From contig OY970126.1 of assembly GCA_963705915.1 (NCBI GenBank), positions 687,893 to 751,892 of the forward strand: a stretch of DNA of 64,000 nucleotides, written 5' to 3'. A model generated the notes under the pieces. It did not search any database, had not been told where the DNA came from, and saw nothing but the letters and a program-made list of their open reading frames with translations. Made by a program: the position numbers and the translations under genes. The DNA is from an uncultured bacterium. Its GTDB lineage: Bacteria > Patescibacteriota > Minisyncoccia > UBA6257 > 2-01-FULL-56-20. Shown piece by piece: positions 17,240-26,652 of the stretch (within the stretch, counting starts at the first letter, position 1; each line of letters opens with the position of its first letter).

Positions 17240-17551
17240 ATGAAATCATCAGAATATCTTTATAAAAGTTTCCCCGGTGCCTTTGGCACGTTCTTATATA
17301 CTTTTCTCGTAGCATTATTGATGTTCGATGGAAAAGCTGTCTTCGGAGGAGCGCCAAGCTTCCTTGAGCCGCTTTTTATTCTTTTGCTCTTTATCATATC
17401 TGCATCGCTCACCGGCCTTATGGTTCTCGGGAGGCCGGTCCAATACTATTTTGACGGTCACAAAAAAGAGGCGTTCGTTTTATTGTTCGCCACATTGAGC
17501 TGGCTTGTACTTTTCACTCTTATCGTTGCCGTGGTGCTGCTTGTTCGATAG
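17240..17551 (+). CDS. small 3-TM membrane protein, holin-like size and topology
   Basis: 103 aa, three hydrophobic helices, directly downstream of the amidase. Confidence 0.4.
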   Translation: MKSSEYLYKSFPGAFGTFLYTFLVALLMFDGKAVFGGAPSFLEPLFILLLFIISASLTGLMVLGRPVQYYFDGHKKEAFVLLFATLSWLVLFTLIVAVVLLVR

Positions 17552-17630
17552 TAGAACGTGAAAAGTGGTTTATATAAACCAAACGGCAATACATGATCCG
17601 AGTCTAATCTCGTGCTAAAATCCTACATAT

Positions 17631-18881
17631 ATGCGGCACCATTCAGGGGGATTTACATTGATTGAACTCCTCGTTGTCATCGCGATCATCGCCGTCCTTT
17701 CCGTCGTCGTCATTCTTGCGCTCAATCCCGCCGAGCTTTTGCGTCGCAGCAGGGACTCGAACCGGCTTTCCGATATAGCGACGATCAGCGAGGCGGTCAA
17801 TCTTTTCAGCCGCGACCTTGCGGGGACTTCCGTCGGCGCCGTTTCTACAACATATATTTCCATCCCCGATCCATCGGCCACTTCAACGGCAGGGGACCAG
17901 TGTCAGGGGCTCGGTTTGCCGGCGTTGCCGAGTGGTTGGACGTATCAATGCGCCGCTTCATCGAGTTACCGAGGAATTACAACGGGATGGCTCCCTGTAA
18001 ATTTCACTTTAATGTCGAGCGGTGCGCCGTTTAGTTCGGCGCCGGTTGATCCCATTGATCAAACGAGTTCGAATCTCTACTACGCTTACGCAACGAATGG
18101 TTCGCAATATGAACTCACGAGCGTGATGGAATCCCAAAAAGAAAAAAGCCAATTTGCGACGAGCCCGACGCTCTCTTCATATCCTGAAGTTGCAGCGGCA
18201 GGGAGCAACCTGTCGCTCTCGCCGCTTTTTAATCCCGCCGGCCTTGTGGGGTACTGGAACTTTGAAGAAGGTGGAGGATCAACACTCCTCGATCAATCTG
18301 GCAATGGGAATACGGCGACATGGTTTGGAACCAAGGCAGGAAACAACGGCACGTATTATCAATCTGGGAAAGTTGGGAACTATTCAGGTTTTTTTGATGG
18401 TAGCACCGACCATGCAAGCACGACATCGGGAGGTACGCTCAATATTTCCGGCAATCTCACCATGTCCGCATGGGTGAAAACTTCAAAGACCACGCTTCAG
18501 GTGATCGTCACCGGATTCAACGACTCGGGCCCTCCATTTAGCGGATATGGCCTTGGGGTGAGCGTGAATTCACCGGGGCTTCTCAGTTACCTCGATGCGA
18601 CGAATGTAGTTTGGAAAGACGGCCCGACGTTGATTGACGATGGCAATTGGCATTTCGTTGCCGCGGTCGCGAGCGGCACAGTACTCACGCTCTATGTGGA
18701 CGGTGTTCAGGACGGTGCAACGAGTACCATCGCCCCGCCTACCAACTATGCTGGCGCGAGGACGATAGGGGCGTGGGTTGCCGCGGGCTATTATTTTTCC
18801 GGTTCACTCGACGAAGTGAGGATTTACAGCCGGGCACTTTCGCAGTCCGAAGTGCTTGCGTTATACAATGCCGAAAAATAA
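17631..18881 (+). CDS. type IV pilin-like protein (prepilin N-terminal methylation motif) fused to LamG/concanavalin-like lectin domain
   Basis: N-terminal GFTLIELLVVIAIIAVL class III signal; C-terminal LDEVRIYSRALSQSEVLALY typical of LamG_3. Confidence 0.8.
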   Translation: MRHHSGGFTLIELLVVIAIIAVLSVVVILALNPAELLRRSRDSNRLSDIATISEAVNLFSRDLAGTSVGAVSTTYISIPDPSATSTAGDQCQGLGLPALPSGWTYQCAASSSYRGITTGWLPVNFTLMSSGAPFSSAPVDPIDQTSSNLYYAYATNGSQYELTSVMESQKEKSQFATSPTLSSYPEVAAAGSNLSLSPLFNPAGLVGYWNFEEGGGSTLLDQSGNGNTATWFGTKAGNNGTYYQSGKVGNYSGFFDGSTDHASTTSGGTLNISGNLTMSAWVKTSKTTLQVIVTGFNDSGPPFSGYGLGVSVNSPGLLSYLDATNVVWKDGPTLIDDGNWHFVAAVASGTVLTLYVDGVQDGATSTIAPPTNYAGARTIGAWVAAGYYFSGSLDEVRIYSRALSQSEVLALYNAEK

Positions 18882-18913
18882 AAAGCGCGGGATTGGTTCC
18901 CGCGCTTGCTTTG
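18882..18913. terminator. bidirectional intrinsic terminator (agcgcggga-ttggt-tcccgcgct)
   Basis: 9-bp GC-rich stem; strong T-run on the minus-strand reading, weaker on plus. Confidence 0.6.
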
Positions 18914-18921
18914 AACGGTTG

Positions 18922-19542
18922 TCAAAACGTGAAGACCTCTTTCTCCACGAGGATTGCGATGAGGTCGGTTGCCTGAGGGTTATCCGCTGAAAATCGTTCG
19001 CGTTTTTCCGCGGAGGTTAGCGGTTTTTTGGAGTGGCCGTCGTCTCGCGTCACGAATGAATCATAGGCGTCGACGATGCAGAGTAGTCTCCCCGCCTGTT
19101 CAATGAGGCCTCGCGCCCACGTGAGAAATTTTGGAATTGGTGGAAGTTGTTGCGGATATCGCCGCCTCCCATACTGATGACAGCGCACGGTGACACACGC
19201 GGTAAAAGGATGGTATTCGCGAAGCATTTCCCAGGTGTGCAGGGCATGAAGTTCCATCGCCCGATAGTCGGTTTCGTTGTATCGATCTTTCTTTTCGAGG
19301 AGGCTCTTCTCGATATTGATTTTTCCAACGTCGTGAAGGCCGGCCCACACCATGATCTTTGGATTCATGCCGATCGCTCGGGCTGCGGCGGCGCCAAGCA
19401 ACATCACACGAATGGTATGAGACTTGGTTTCTGGATGGTAAGAGCCAATTCTCTCGACCAACGAACGAATTTCATCCTGATGCTCAGGCTGAATGCCCTC
19501 GCGCTCAAGCAGACGGTTCAGGACTGCATTCTCGTCGTTCAT
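18922..19542 (-). CDS. HD-domain metal-dependent phosphohydrolase
   Basis: H...HDVGK...D motifs; GGGAGGGG RBS upstream of internal ATG at 19542. Confidence 0.7.
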   Translation of the reverse strand: MNDENAVLNRLLEREGIQPEHQDEIRSLVERIGSYHPETKSHTIRVMLLGAAAARAIGMNPKIMVWAGLHDVGKINIEKSLLEKKDRYNETDYRAMELHALHTWEMLREYHPFTACVTVRCHQYGRRRYPQQLPPIPKFLTWARGLIEQAGRLLCIVDAYDSFVTRDDGHSKKPLTSAEKRERFSADNPQATDLIAILVEKEVFTF

Positions 19543-19614
19543 AATGAACCCCTCCCAAAGTTCTACTATCAATTACGGGCATAAAGACGGAATGTTAATC
19601 TTAAGAGGAGCACT

Positions 19615-21462
19615 ATGACATGGTGGGAACGAACACCTGTTTTTTATAAAATTCTCGGCGCGTTTGTCGTCGCCCTCTTGATGTTCGCCGCTTTCGACGT
19701 TTATCTCGTGAGCTCGCTCGATGACAGCAAGACGCTCATAGCGGAGTCAGCCGAACAATACGCAACGCTGAACGATCTTTCAACGCTTGAGAATACGAAC
19801 GCCGCTGCCGTGAATGCCGTGAATTCATATATCGTCACGGGAGATCCTGCTTGGAAGACAACCTATGCCCAAGCATCAACGGAGCTTGGCCAAGAACTTA
19901 CCGCGTTGAGCGAGGAGCCCTATCTCACGTCCGACGACCATGTGAGCATCCTTGGTTTGCAGGACGCGATTAGTAAGCGGGAAGACACGGAAAGCACGAT
20001 GATCGCGGACCTCGACGAGGGCAACAACTCCGGCACGATACAACTATTTTCTTCGTTGTATACCACGCAACAGCAGCGGATCGCGCAATTCATCGGCGCG
20101 CTGATCGAGGACCGGAATCAAGAAGTGAGCACGCTCACCGGCCAGAATGATGCCACGCTCAGCCTATTGCGTTTTGTCGCCTATTTCTTGTATGGCCTCC
20201 TCTTTATTATCTTCGTTTATCTTTGGTTCGCGCTTTCCCGCAGTTTGGTGAAACCGCTTGAGCGATTAACCGATGCGGTGAAGAAGTTTCGGACGAATTC
20301 TTTGGAGCCTCAAAATGATATTCCGCTCAGCGGGATTCGTGAGAGCGGGGACGAAGTGGGCCAGCTTGGCAAGGCGTTCCATGAAATGACCGAGCGCATC
20401 CAGCGCGACCAGGCACAATTTTTGTCATCGGTGAACAGCCTGCCGTTCGGCTTTATCCTTTTCGACGCCAGCCAAGAGCCGGTTTTGATGAATCAGATTG
20501 CCAAGCAGCTTTTTTCCGCTGACGTTGTGACGTTTGATGCCGTTGCGAAGAAATTTAACGAGGAGACAAAGCTCCTTACGCTTATCCATGCTGTTTTCAC
20601 GAATGGTGTCGGCCAGACTATCCCCGAGGCGAATATTGAAAGCGAAATATTTCGGTTGTCGATGGAGCCCGTTATCACGCCGCTTGCAAAACGGGTGATC
20701 GGCGCGATATTGGTTTTCGAAAACATCACCGAGCAAAAACGTCTGGAGCAGTCGAAGAATGCATTCCTTTCGATCGCGTCGCATGAAATGCGTACGCCGC
20801 TTGCGGTGATCCGCGGGAACGCGGAACTGTTACTCGACGATCCGGCCGTTTCGGGCAATGCCGCCGTGAAGCCGCTCGTCGAGAGCGTCGTGAAGGCTTC
20901 GGTGCAGATGCTTTCCATCGTCGACGACTTCCTTGATATCCAACGACTCGAAGAAAACCGGATCGTCCTCAAGATCGAGCCGGTCGACGTGATAGCTGCA
21001 ATCAAGGAAACGATCGCAGAACTTATGCCTCTTGCCGCCGAAAAGAAATTGGGACTTGTGTTTGAAGAGCCGAAGCTCGGAGAGGCGCTGCCCCGGTTGT
21101 CACTTGACAAGTATCGACTGCAGCAGATTTTTATGAATATTGTGAGCAATGGCATCCACTATACGGAGTCCGGATCGGTGAAAGTTTGGATTGAACGCCG
21201 CAGCGGAGTAATCGATGTATTCTTCAAGGATACGGGCATCGGCATCACCGCCGAAGATCAGAAACGGCTTTTCCGGCGTTTTGAAACAGGAAAAACATTC
21301 ATACGCAGCAAAGAATACGGCAGCGGCATGGGCCTCTATATTTCGCGACTCCTCGCGCATCTCATGGGGGGCGATCTCTGGCTCGTCTCGAGCGAGTTCG
21401 GCTCCGGAGCCACCTTTGCCCTCACACTGCCGCTCATCAAAGTGCCCATGCCACCGGCATAA
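19615..21462 (+). CDS. sensor histidine kinase (TM, HAMP, HisKA, HATPase_c)
   Basis: H-box SHEMRTPLAVIRGNAELL; N, G1 (DTGIGI) and G2 (GSGMGL) boxes; N-terminal TM helix. Confidence 0.85.
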   Translation: MTWWERTPVFYKILGAFVVALLMFAAFDVYLVSSLDDSKTLIAESAEQYATLNDLSTLENTNAAAVNAVNSYIVTGDPAWKTTYAQASTELGQELTALSEEPYLTSDDHVSILGLQDAISKREDTESTMIADLDEGNNSGTIQLFSSLYTTQQQRIAQFIGALIEDRNQEVSTLTGQNDATLSLLRFVAYFLYGLLFIIFVYLWFALSRSLVKPLERLTDAVKKFRTNSLEPQNDIPLSGIRESGDEVGQLGKAFHEMTERIQRDQAQFLSSVNSLPFGFILFDASQEPVLMNQIAKQLFSADVVTFDAVAKKFNEETKLLTLIHAVFTNGVGQTIPEANIESEIFRLSMEPVITPLAKRVIGAILVFENITEQKRLEQSKNAFLSIASHEMRTPLAVIRGNAELLLDDPAVSGNAAVKPLVESVVKASVQMLSIVDDFLDIQRLEENRIVLKIEPVDVIAAIKETIAELMPLAAEKKLGLVFEEPKLGEALPRLSLDKYRLQQIFMNIVSNGIHYTESGSVKVWIERRSGVIDVFFKDTGIGITAEDQKRLFRRFETGKTFIRSKEYGSGMGLYISRLLAHLMGGDLWLVSSEFGSGATFALTLPLIKVPMPPA

Positions 21463-21488
21463 TATCCGTCATGATATACTGAACGCAT

Positions 21489-21863
21489 ATGGCAGTTATC
21501 CTCATCGCCGACGACGAAGCTGATGTGCTTTCGATCTATAAGACGAAACTCGAGCGCGCCGGGTTCATGGTTCTTTCCGCCTCCGATGGCACTGAGGCCG
21601 TCCGCCTAGCGGCAGAGAAAAAGCCCGACCTCATTTTGATGGACATGAAAATGCCGGTGATGGACGGCATCACGGCTCAGCAGAAGATAAAAGAAAATCC
21701 CGACACGCAAAACCTCAAGGTGGTTTTTCTCACGGCGTTCAGCGATCCGATGAAGCCGGAAGTCGACGAGCGGCTTGCGAAAGAATTAGGCACTGTCGAC
21801 TTTATCCGCAAAGGTATCAACCTTGATGAGTTTGTGCAGAAAGTGAAGGGATATCTCGGCTAG
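21489..21863 (+). CDS. stand-alone response regulator receiver domain (CheY-like)
   Basis: DD...D(MKMP)...T...K receiver residues, 124 aa, no output domain. Confidence 0.85.
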   Translation: MAVILIADDEADVLSIYKTKLERAGFMVLSASDGTEAVRLAAEKKPDLILMDMKMPVMDGITAQQKIKENPDTQNLKVVFLTAFSDPMKPEVDERLAKELGTVDFIRKGINLDEFVQKVKGYLG

Positions 21864-22950
21864 CGTTGCCAAGCCATTCGTGGATGGCGTCCGCGAGCAC
21901 GGTGAAATCCTCAACGCTCGAAGTATGATGGAATGAAATCCGCGCCACTTTTTTCTCCCAGAGGTATTTAATGTAGATATTGTTCTGTTGGAGATAGTCC
22001 ACGAGTTCTTTGGGGTTCGGGACTTTCAAGGTGATGATATTGCCTTGATCCGCGCCGTGATCGATGAATGCGACGTTGCGATCAAGGAGTATTTTTTTGA
22101 AATCCTTGAGAAGCGATTTATTCGTCTTTTCAATAGTTTCAATGCCCGTATCGTTCACCAGTTTGAGGGCTGCGCGTAGCGCGACGACGCCCTTGATATT
22201 CATCGTGCCATCCTGGAACCGCTCTGCGGTGCCTTTCAAGACATAGCCGCTCTCATCGGCCGAGACAACGCTTCGGATACCGACTTTCGTATCGCGGAGG
22301 CGATTCACGATATTTTGGTTGACGTATAAAAATCCAATGCCGGTGCCGGCGCGGAGATATTTTTGTCCGCCGCAGGCGAGCATATCAACGGGCGTTTTTT
22401 GGAGGTCGAGCTTATGAACGCCGATACCTTGGACGGCGTCAACGAAGAGAAATATATTTTTCTCACGGCAAATCTTTGAGAGACGATCGAGGTCGGTCAC
22501 GTAGCCGTCGTAATATTGAATCCATGAAATTGCGATCGCCTTGGTTTTTGGGCCGATCGCCGCGATAAGCGCCTCCGTCGCTTCGGCGTTGTTCTCGCCG
22601 TTTATAATGCGCACATCAATACCGTCTTTGCGTTTTTTGAGCCAGGGGATAAAGTTCGCGCGATATTCGTTGTCGAGGACGAGCACTTCGTCGCCGGGAG
22701 CCAAAGGCAGTGCTTCGCTCGCGATGATCACGCCCTCGGTCGTGTTCTTTGTATAGGTGATTTCGCTCGGGTCGCAATGCAAAAGTTTCGCGGCTTCTGC
22801 GGCGACGTCTTTTGCATAGGCCTCATATTTGATGAGCGATTCCGGCGGCCCAAACTCAAAGAAATGATTTTCAAAATCAAGGATGGCGTCGTGCACCGCC
22901 GGTTCCTCGGTGGCTACCGTTGCAAAGCTAAAAAATATTTTTTTATCCAT
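21817..22950 (-). CDS. class V aminotransferase-fold PLP enzyme (cysteine desulfurase/SufS-like)
   Basis: PLP-binding lysine region ...ACGGQKYL...; 3' end overlaps the receiver gene by 47 nt, convergent. Confidence 0.75.
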   Translation of the reverse strand: MDKKIFFSFATVATEEPAVHDAILDFENHFFEFGPPESLIKYEAYAKDVAAEAAKLLHCDPSEITYTKNTTEGVIIASEALPLAPGDEVLVLDNEYRANFIPWLKKRKDGIDVRIINGENNAEATEALIAAIGPKTKAIAISWIQYYDGYVTDLDRLSKICREKNIFLFVDAVQGIGVHKLDLQKTPVDMLACGGQKYLRAGTGIGFLYVNQNIVNRLRDTKVGIRSVVSADESGYVLKGTAERFQDGTMNIKGVVALRAALKLVNDTGIETIEKTNKSLLKDFKKILLDRNVAFIDHGADQGNIITLKVPNPKELVDYLQQNNIYIKYLWEKKVARISFHHTSSVEDFTVLADAIHEWLGNASRDIPSLSAQTHQG

Positions 22951-22987
22951 AGGGATGGGTGCCGCGCGCCGAATATCTTCCCCTCTA

Positions 22988-24301
22988 CTATATCAGATTC
23001 TTGCCGCGGGCCACGATCACGTCGCTTTGGTATGCCGTTGTGTTGGCGTTCGTAGGGCGGGGGACCGAGGGCAGCGCCACACCGGTTGCCACCGTCTTTG
23101 ATGCTTGTTCTGCTTCCGTCGCACATCCGTGATCCCATTTCACTTTTGGCATGATAACCGAAGGATCGATATTTTCTTTGTAGAGCATCGTAAATTCAAG
23201 GAGAGCCTTCAATTCGTCGGATGTTTTGCGCGGAATGCCGAGCGTCCGATGTCGTTCCAGTTCTTTTTTGAGGGTTCCAGCAGATTCCTTGCGCGGATTT
23301 TCTATGAACGTCACCTTGGTGAAGCCGCTCACTTCAAAAAGCAATTCGGCGATTTCTTTGATCGAAAGTCGCTCGGTGAAGTTGTGGGCCACCATGTGTT
23401 CGCCGGCCGGAATGTCCGTGTAGGCGAGGTTTAAAAAGTTATCGACGGTGTCCGGAAGGCTGATGGTGCCGGTGCGCTGGTCGCCGTCGCCGTATACGGT
23501 CATCGGATGGTCGATGGCGATCTGGCAGACAAACCGGTTGATGACCGTGCCGAAGGTTTCATCGTAATTGAAGCGGGTCGAGAGGCGATGGTTCGCCGGG
23601 TCGCGATTTTCTTCAATCGTCGCGCCGAAGATCGTTGCTTGCTGGACGGTTGCAATCTTGAGTTTCCAAATTTCGCTTGCGAGGTCGTCGATATGGAAGT
23701 CGGCGATCTTTGATTGATGATAGAAGTCGTTCGCGCGCATCGGCATCCAACTTTTCGCTATCTTCTTTGTTTTGCCCTTGTGCTTGAACTCAAAGTCGGT
23801 CTTCTCGAGCGGCACAAAGTTGGTGTCGATATTCGAATAGCATCCGGCGGAACCGAGTTTGATGTAGGCGATCGATTTGTCCACTTCGGCGATGGTCCAG
23901 ACAACGTTCAAGTGCCCCACAATATTATTTGCGTACGTTGCCGCAGCATTTTCTGCGCTCATCATGGAGAACGGTGCCGATGGCTGTTGGGCGGCGTTCA
24001 CGATGGCGAACGGCTTATGCTTTGTGATGAGTCTTGCAACTGCTTTTTGGTCGAGGAGGTCAACTTTCTCGAATGAAATATTTTTCTTGCCAAAAATACG
24101 TTCATAGTCGGCGATACGCTTCGATGGATTTGCAAGCGGCACAAGCAGGCTCGCGCCAACTTGTTTTTCCCAGGTGCGTTTAATGAGATTGTCGACAAGA
24201 ACCACGTTTACATTGGTTCTATGGCCGAAAGCGAGGCCCAGGCTCCAGCCGAGGTATCCGTCGCCGCCCAGAATGAGAATAGTGTTGGACTTTTCTGACA
24301 T
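22988..24301 (-). CDS. sqdB: UDP-sulfoquinovose synthase-like NAD-dependent dehydratase (SQD1/SqdB family)
   Basis: GGDGYLGW Rossmann motif, YHQSK catalytic pair, TVYGDGDQRTG, NFTERLSIKEIAEL and IMPKVKW segments align with plant SQD1 and archaeal Agl3. Confidence 0.7.
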   Translation of the reverse strand: MSEKSNTILILGGDGYLGWSLGLAFGHRTNVNVVLVDNLIKRTWEKQVGASLLVPLANPSKRIADYERIFGKKNISFEKVDLLDQKAVARLITKHKPFAIVNAAQQPSAPFSMMSAENAAATYANNIVGHLNVVWTIAEVDKSIAYIKLGSAGCYSNIDTNFVPLEKTDFEFKHKGKTKKIAKSWMPMRANDFYHQSKIADFHIDDLASEIWKLKIATVQQATIFGATIEENRDPANHRLSTRFNYDETFGTVINRFVCQIAIDHPMTVYGDGDQRTGTISLPDTVDNFLNLAYTDIPAGEHMVAHNFTERLSIKEIAELLFEVSGFTKVTFIENPRKESAGTLKKELERHRTLGIPRKTSDELKALLEFTMLYKENIDPSVIMPKVKWDHGCATEAEQASKTVATGVALPSVPRPTNANTTAYQSDVIVARGKNLI

Positions 24302-24467
24302 GGGATGTGTAGCGGGATAATAATAGATTTATTCGAAAACGTCAATCGTTTTCCCCGCCGTGCCCTATACTATACGCGGCGCACGCCGGTTCGTTTCGAG
24401 GAGTGCCACCGAAAACCCTAGAGCACCAGGAAGATGATTTTTTTCGTAGATACTCTATAATAAACCA

Positions 24468-25187
24468 ATGGCAAACAGCGAAACTAACAAAACGACGATA
24501 TGGTTCATCGTCATATTCATCGTTCTCATCATCGGCGGCCTCGTGATCGCCGGGATCTATTCGTCGGGTTCTTCGGGAAGCGGGTCGAGCGGTTTTGTTG
24601 CAACGACGGCGCCTGGAATTTCTACTTCCGACTGGCAAGAAGGCAATCCGAACGCCAAGGTGACCGTGATCGAATACGGTGACTTTGAATGTCCAGCGTG
24701 CGGCGCATATTTCCCCATCGTGCAGCAGTTGATTAGCAACTTCAGCTCGACGGTCCTCTTTGTCTTCCGCGACTTCCCGCTCTACCAAGTGCACCCGGAT
24801 GCCGGCATTGCGGCGCAAGCGGCCGAGGCGGCTGGCCTCATGGGCGGTCAGAGCGCTTTTTGGAAGATGCACGACTTGCTCTATACAAATCAGAATGACT
24901 GGGTGACCATCACGCCAGATCAGGTGGTTTCCGCAAAGTTCGATGGCTATGCGCAATCGATTGGCCTCGACGTCAACACCTTTAACGCGGACATCAGCAC
25001 GAGCTCCGTACTCAATAAAATCCAAACCGACGTGAATGGCGGCAATGCGGCACAGATCAATCACACGCCGACGTTTTTCCTGAATCTCCAGCAGATCCCT
25101 AATCCAACAAGCTACGACGACTTCGCGGCAACGATCAATGCGGCGCTTGCTTCGTCAACCGGTTCATCCGCGTCTTCCTCGCAATAA
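24468..25187 (+). CDS. membrane-anchored DsbA-like thioredoxin-fold oxidoreductase
   Basis: N-terminal TM helix, CPAC active site. Confidence 0.7.
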   Translation: MANSETNKTTIWFIVIFIVLIIGGLVIAGIYSSGSSGSGSSGFVATTAPGISTSDWQEGNPNAKVTVIEYGDFECPACGAYFPIVQQLISNFSSTVLFVFRDFPLYQVHPDAGIAAQAAEAAGLMGGQSAFWKMHDLLYTNQNDWVTITPDQVVSAKFDGYAQSIGLDVNTFNADISTSSVLNKIQTDVNGGNAAQINHTPTFFLNLQQIPNPTSYDDFAATINAALASSTGSSASSSQ

Positions 25188-25203
25188 ATTTTAAAAAGAG
25201 AAA

Positions 25204-25240
25204 ACAAAAAACCGGCGAGCATGATGCTCCCGGTTTTTTT
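25204..25240 (+). terminator. intrinsic terminator after the dsbA-like gene
   Basis: about 10-bp stem (accggc-gagca...tgctc-ccggt) followed by TTTTTTT. Confidence 0.7.
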
Positions 25241-25259
25241 GTTCGCACGTATAGCTCAA

Positions 25260-25418
25260 TTACGTTTTGGGTGCACCGGCTGGCCGCGAGAAGCCGCCCC
25301 ATAAGGCAAAAAGCACGATGAGGATTCCGAGCACGACAAACGTGGTTGTCCCTGCTCCTGTATACGCGAAGATAACGACGAGAAGCCCGAGAATAAAGTT
25401 GATCCAGTGTTGCCACAT
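25260..25418 (-). CDS. 52-aa two-helix membrane protein (below ORF-track cutoff)
   Basis: manual translation MWQHWINFILGLLVVIFAYTGAGTTTFVVLGILIVLFALWGGFSRPAGAPKT; sits immediately after the terminator. Confidence 0.35.
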   Translation of the reverse strand: MWQHWINFILGLLVVIFAYTGAGTTTFVVLGILIVLFALWGGFSRPAGAPKT

Positions 25419-25494
25419 AGCCTGTATTACTCGTAGTATTTGCGACCTTTATCCGTATGTATGAAAATACGGGTGCCCCGAGAGCCCCGTTACT

Positions 25495-26037
25495 TCATTG
25501 CCTCGATGACTTTCGGCGTTTTTTTTGGCTTCGCTCAACAATTTTGAACGTAAAATGGGAGAGCACGCCGATGCCAACAATAACAAGGAGGATCATGCTC
25601 GGATTTTGGATAAATGATGTGACACCGAGCACCGTGCCCCAGAGTAAAAGATACCAAACGAAGTTTCCGATGAACGTGAAGAGCATGGTAACGTTCATCG
25701 GCAGCTCAAGCCATGCACCAATGAAAGCGTTCAAGTAGGGGAAATTGATGACACCCAGAATCATGAGGGCGATGTTTGTTCCCCGCGGACCAAGACCCTT
25801 GCTGCCGCGCTTTATCCATCGATCTATTTTTTTCGTGAACCGATATTCTTCCAAATGCTTCTTGAGGAGGGCGCCGAGCTGATAACCAACGTACATATCA
25901 AACATAGTCGTTGCCGCCCAGATGATGTGGATCGGCCACAAAGAAACTCCACTATGTTCGGCGAGAACAAGGGCGAGCGCACTCGTTGCGAATTCCTGGA
26001 TGATAAGCGTTGCGGTAATGAGTGCCCAAAGTCCCAT
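25495..26037 (-). CDS. polytopic membrane protein, tentatively DedA/VTT family
   Basis: hydrophobic helices; FDMYVGYQLG and GVINFPYLNAFIGAWLELP resemble DedA motifs. Confidence 0.5.
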   Translation of the reverse strand: MGLWALITATLIIQEFATSALALVLAEHSGVSLWPIHIIWAATTMFDMYVGYQLGALLKKHLEEYRFTKKIDRWIKRGSKGLGPRGTNIALMILGVINFPYLNAFIGAWLELPMNVTMLFTFIGNFVWYLLLWGTVLGVTSFIQNPSMILLVIVGIGVLSHFTFKIVERSQKKRRKSSRQ

Positions 26038-26059
26038 AAGGTTATTGTATAATTAATAC

Positions 26060-26284
26060 ATGAAAAAAACGCTTAGTATCATCGCAGTCATTCTCGGCAT
26101 CGGGTGCTTGGTCGCGGCGTACCTCTATCTCACCACGCCAGCCAACATACTACCGTCGTACTTCCCGGGCTTCGACCCGACGCTCATGGGTATACATACG
26201 AAGCATGGTATTGCAGCGCTCGTCGTCGGTTTAGCCCTCTTTGTCTTTGCCTGGTTCTATAGCGCGGATAAGAAAAAGGCCTAG
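26060..26284 (+). CDS. small two-TM membrane protein, hypothetical
   Basis: ORF with two hydrophobic helices. Confidence 0.4.
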   Translation: MKKTLSIIAVILGIGCLVAAYLYLTTPANILPSYFPGFDPTLMGIHTKHGIAALVVGLALFVFAWFYSADKKKA

Positions 26285-26311
26285 TCGTTGTGGCTGGGCC
26301 TTTTGTAATAG

Positions 26312-26587
26312 TCAGCCGTACATTAATTTGTACGTCAGCACTGACGAAGCGAGCGTGATGGTGATGATGTTGAAAACAATGATGGGCCGTGACGCGATTC
26401 TCAGGCCGTAATAGATCCAGAGGGCGATCCCTATGCAAAAGCCGAGGTACATCTGAAGAGAAATCGCTGTCGCCGGCTTTGGCACCTGCCGCCAAACGGA
26501 AAGAACTTGAGGGGTAAAGGAAAACGTTGTAAAGCATCCAGCGAGCATGCCGATGAGCTCATCAATCTTTCTACTGTTGCCATTCAT
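26312..26587 (-). CDS. SemiSWEET / PQ-loop family small transporter
   Basis: 91 aa, three TM helices, FTPQV PQ-loop motif. Confidence 0.55.
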   Translation of the reverse strand: MNGNSRKIDELIGMLAGCFTTFSFTPQVLSVWRQVPKPATAISLQMYLGFCIGIALWIYYGLRIASRPIIVFNIITITLASSVLTYKLMYG

Positions 26588-26652
26588 TTCACCCTCCTTG
26601 TACCCCGAAATTATATATTAAATTTTGATAAAGTCAAACCCTGCGGACAATC

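Noticed and set aside
21817-21863. 47-nt convergent overlap between receiver-domain gene and aminotransferase gene
   Set aside because: Both ORFs have solid domain evidence. The overlap likely reflects a slightly extended C-terminal tail, not a mis-call, and is not independently interesting.
23105-24107. Several plus-strand ORFs (23105..23434, 23714..24076 etc.)
   Set aside because: Antisense shadows of the intact 437-aa SQD1-like gene.
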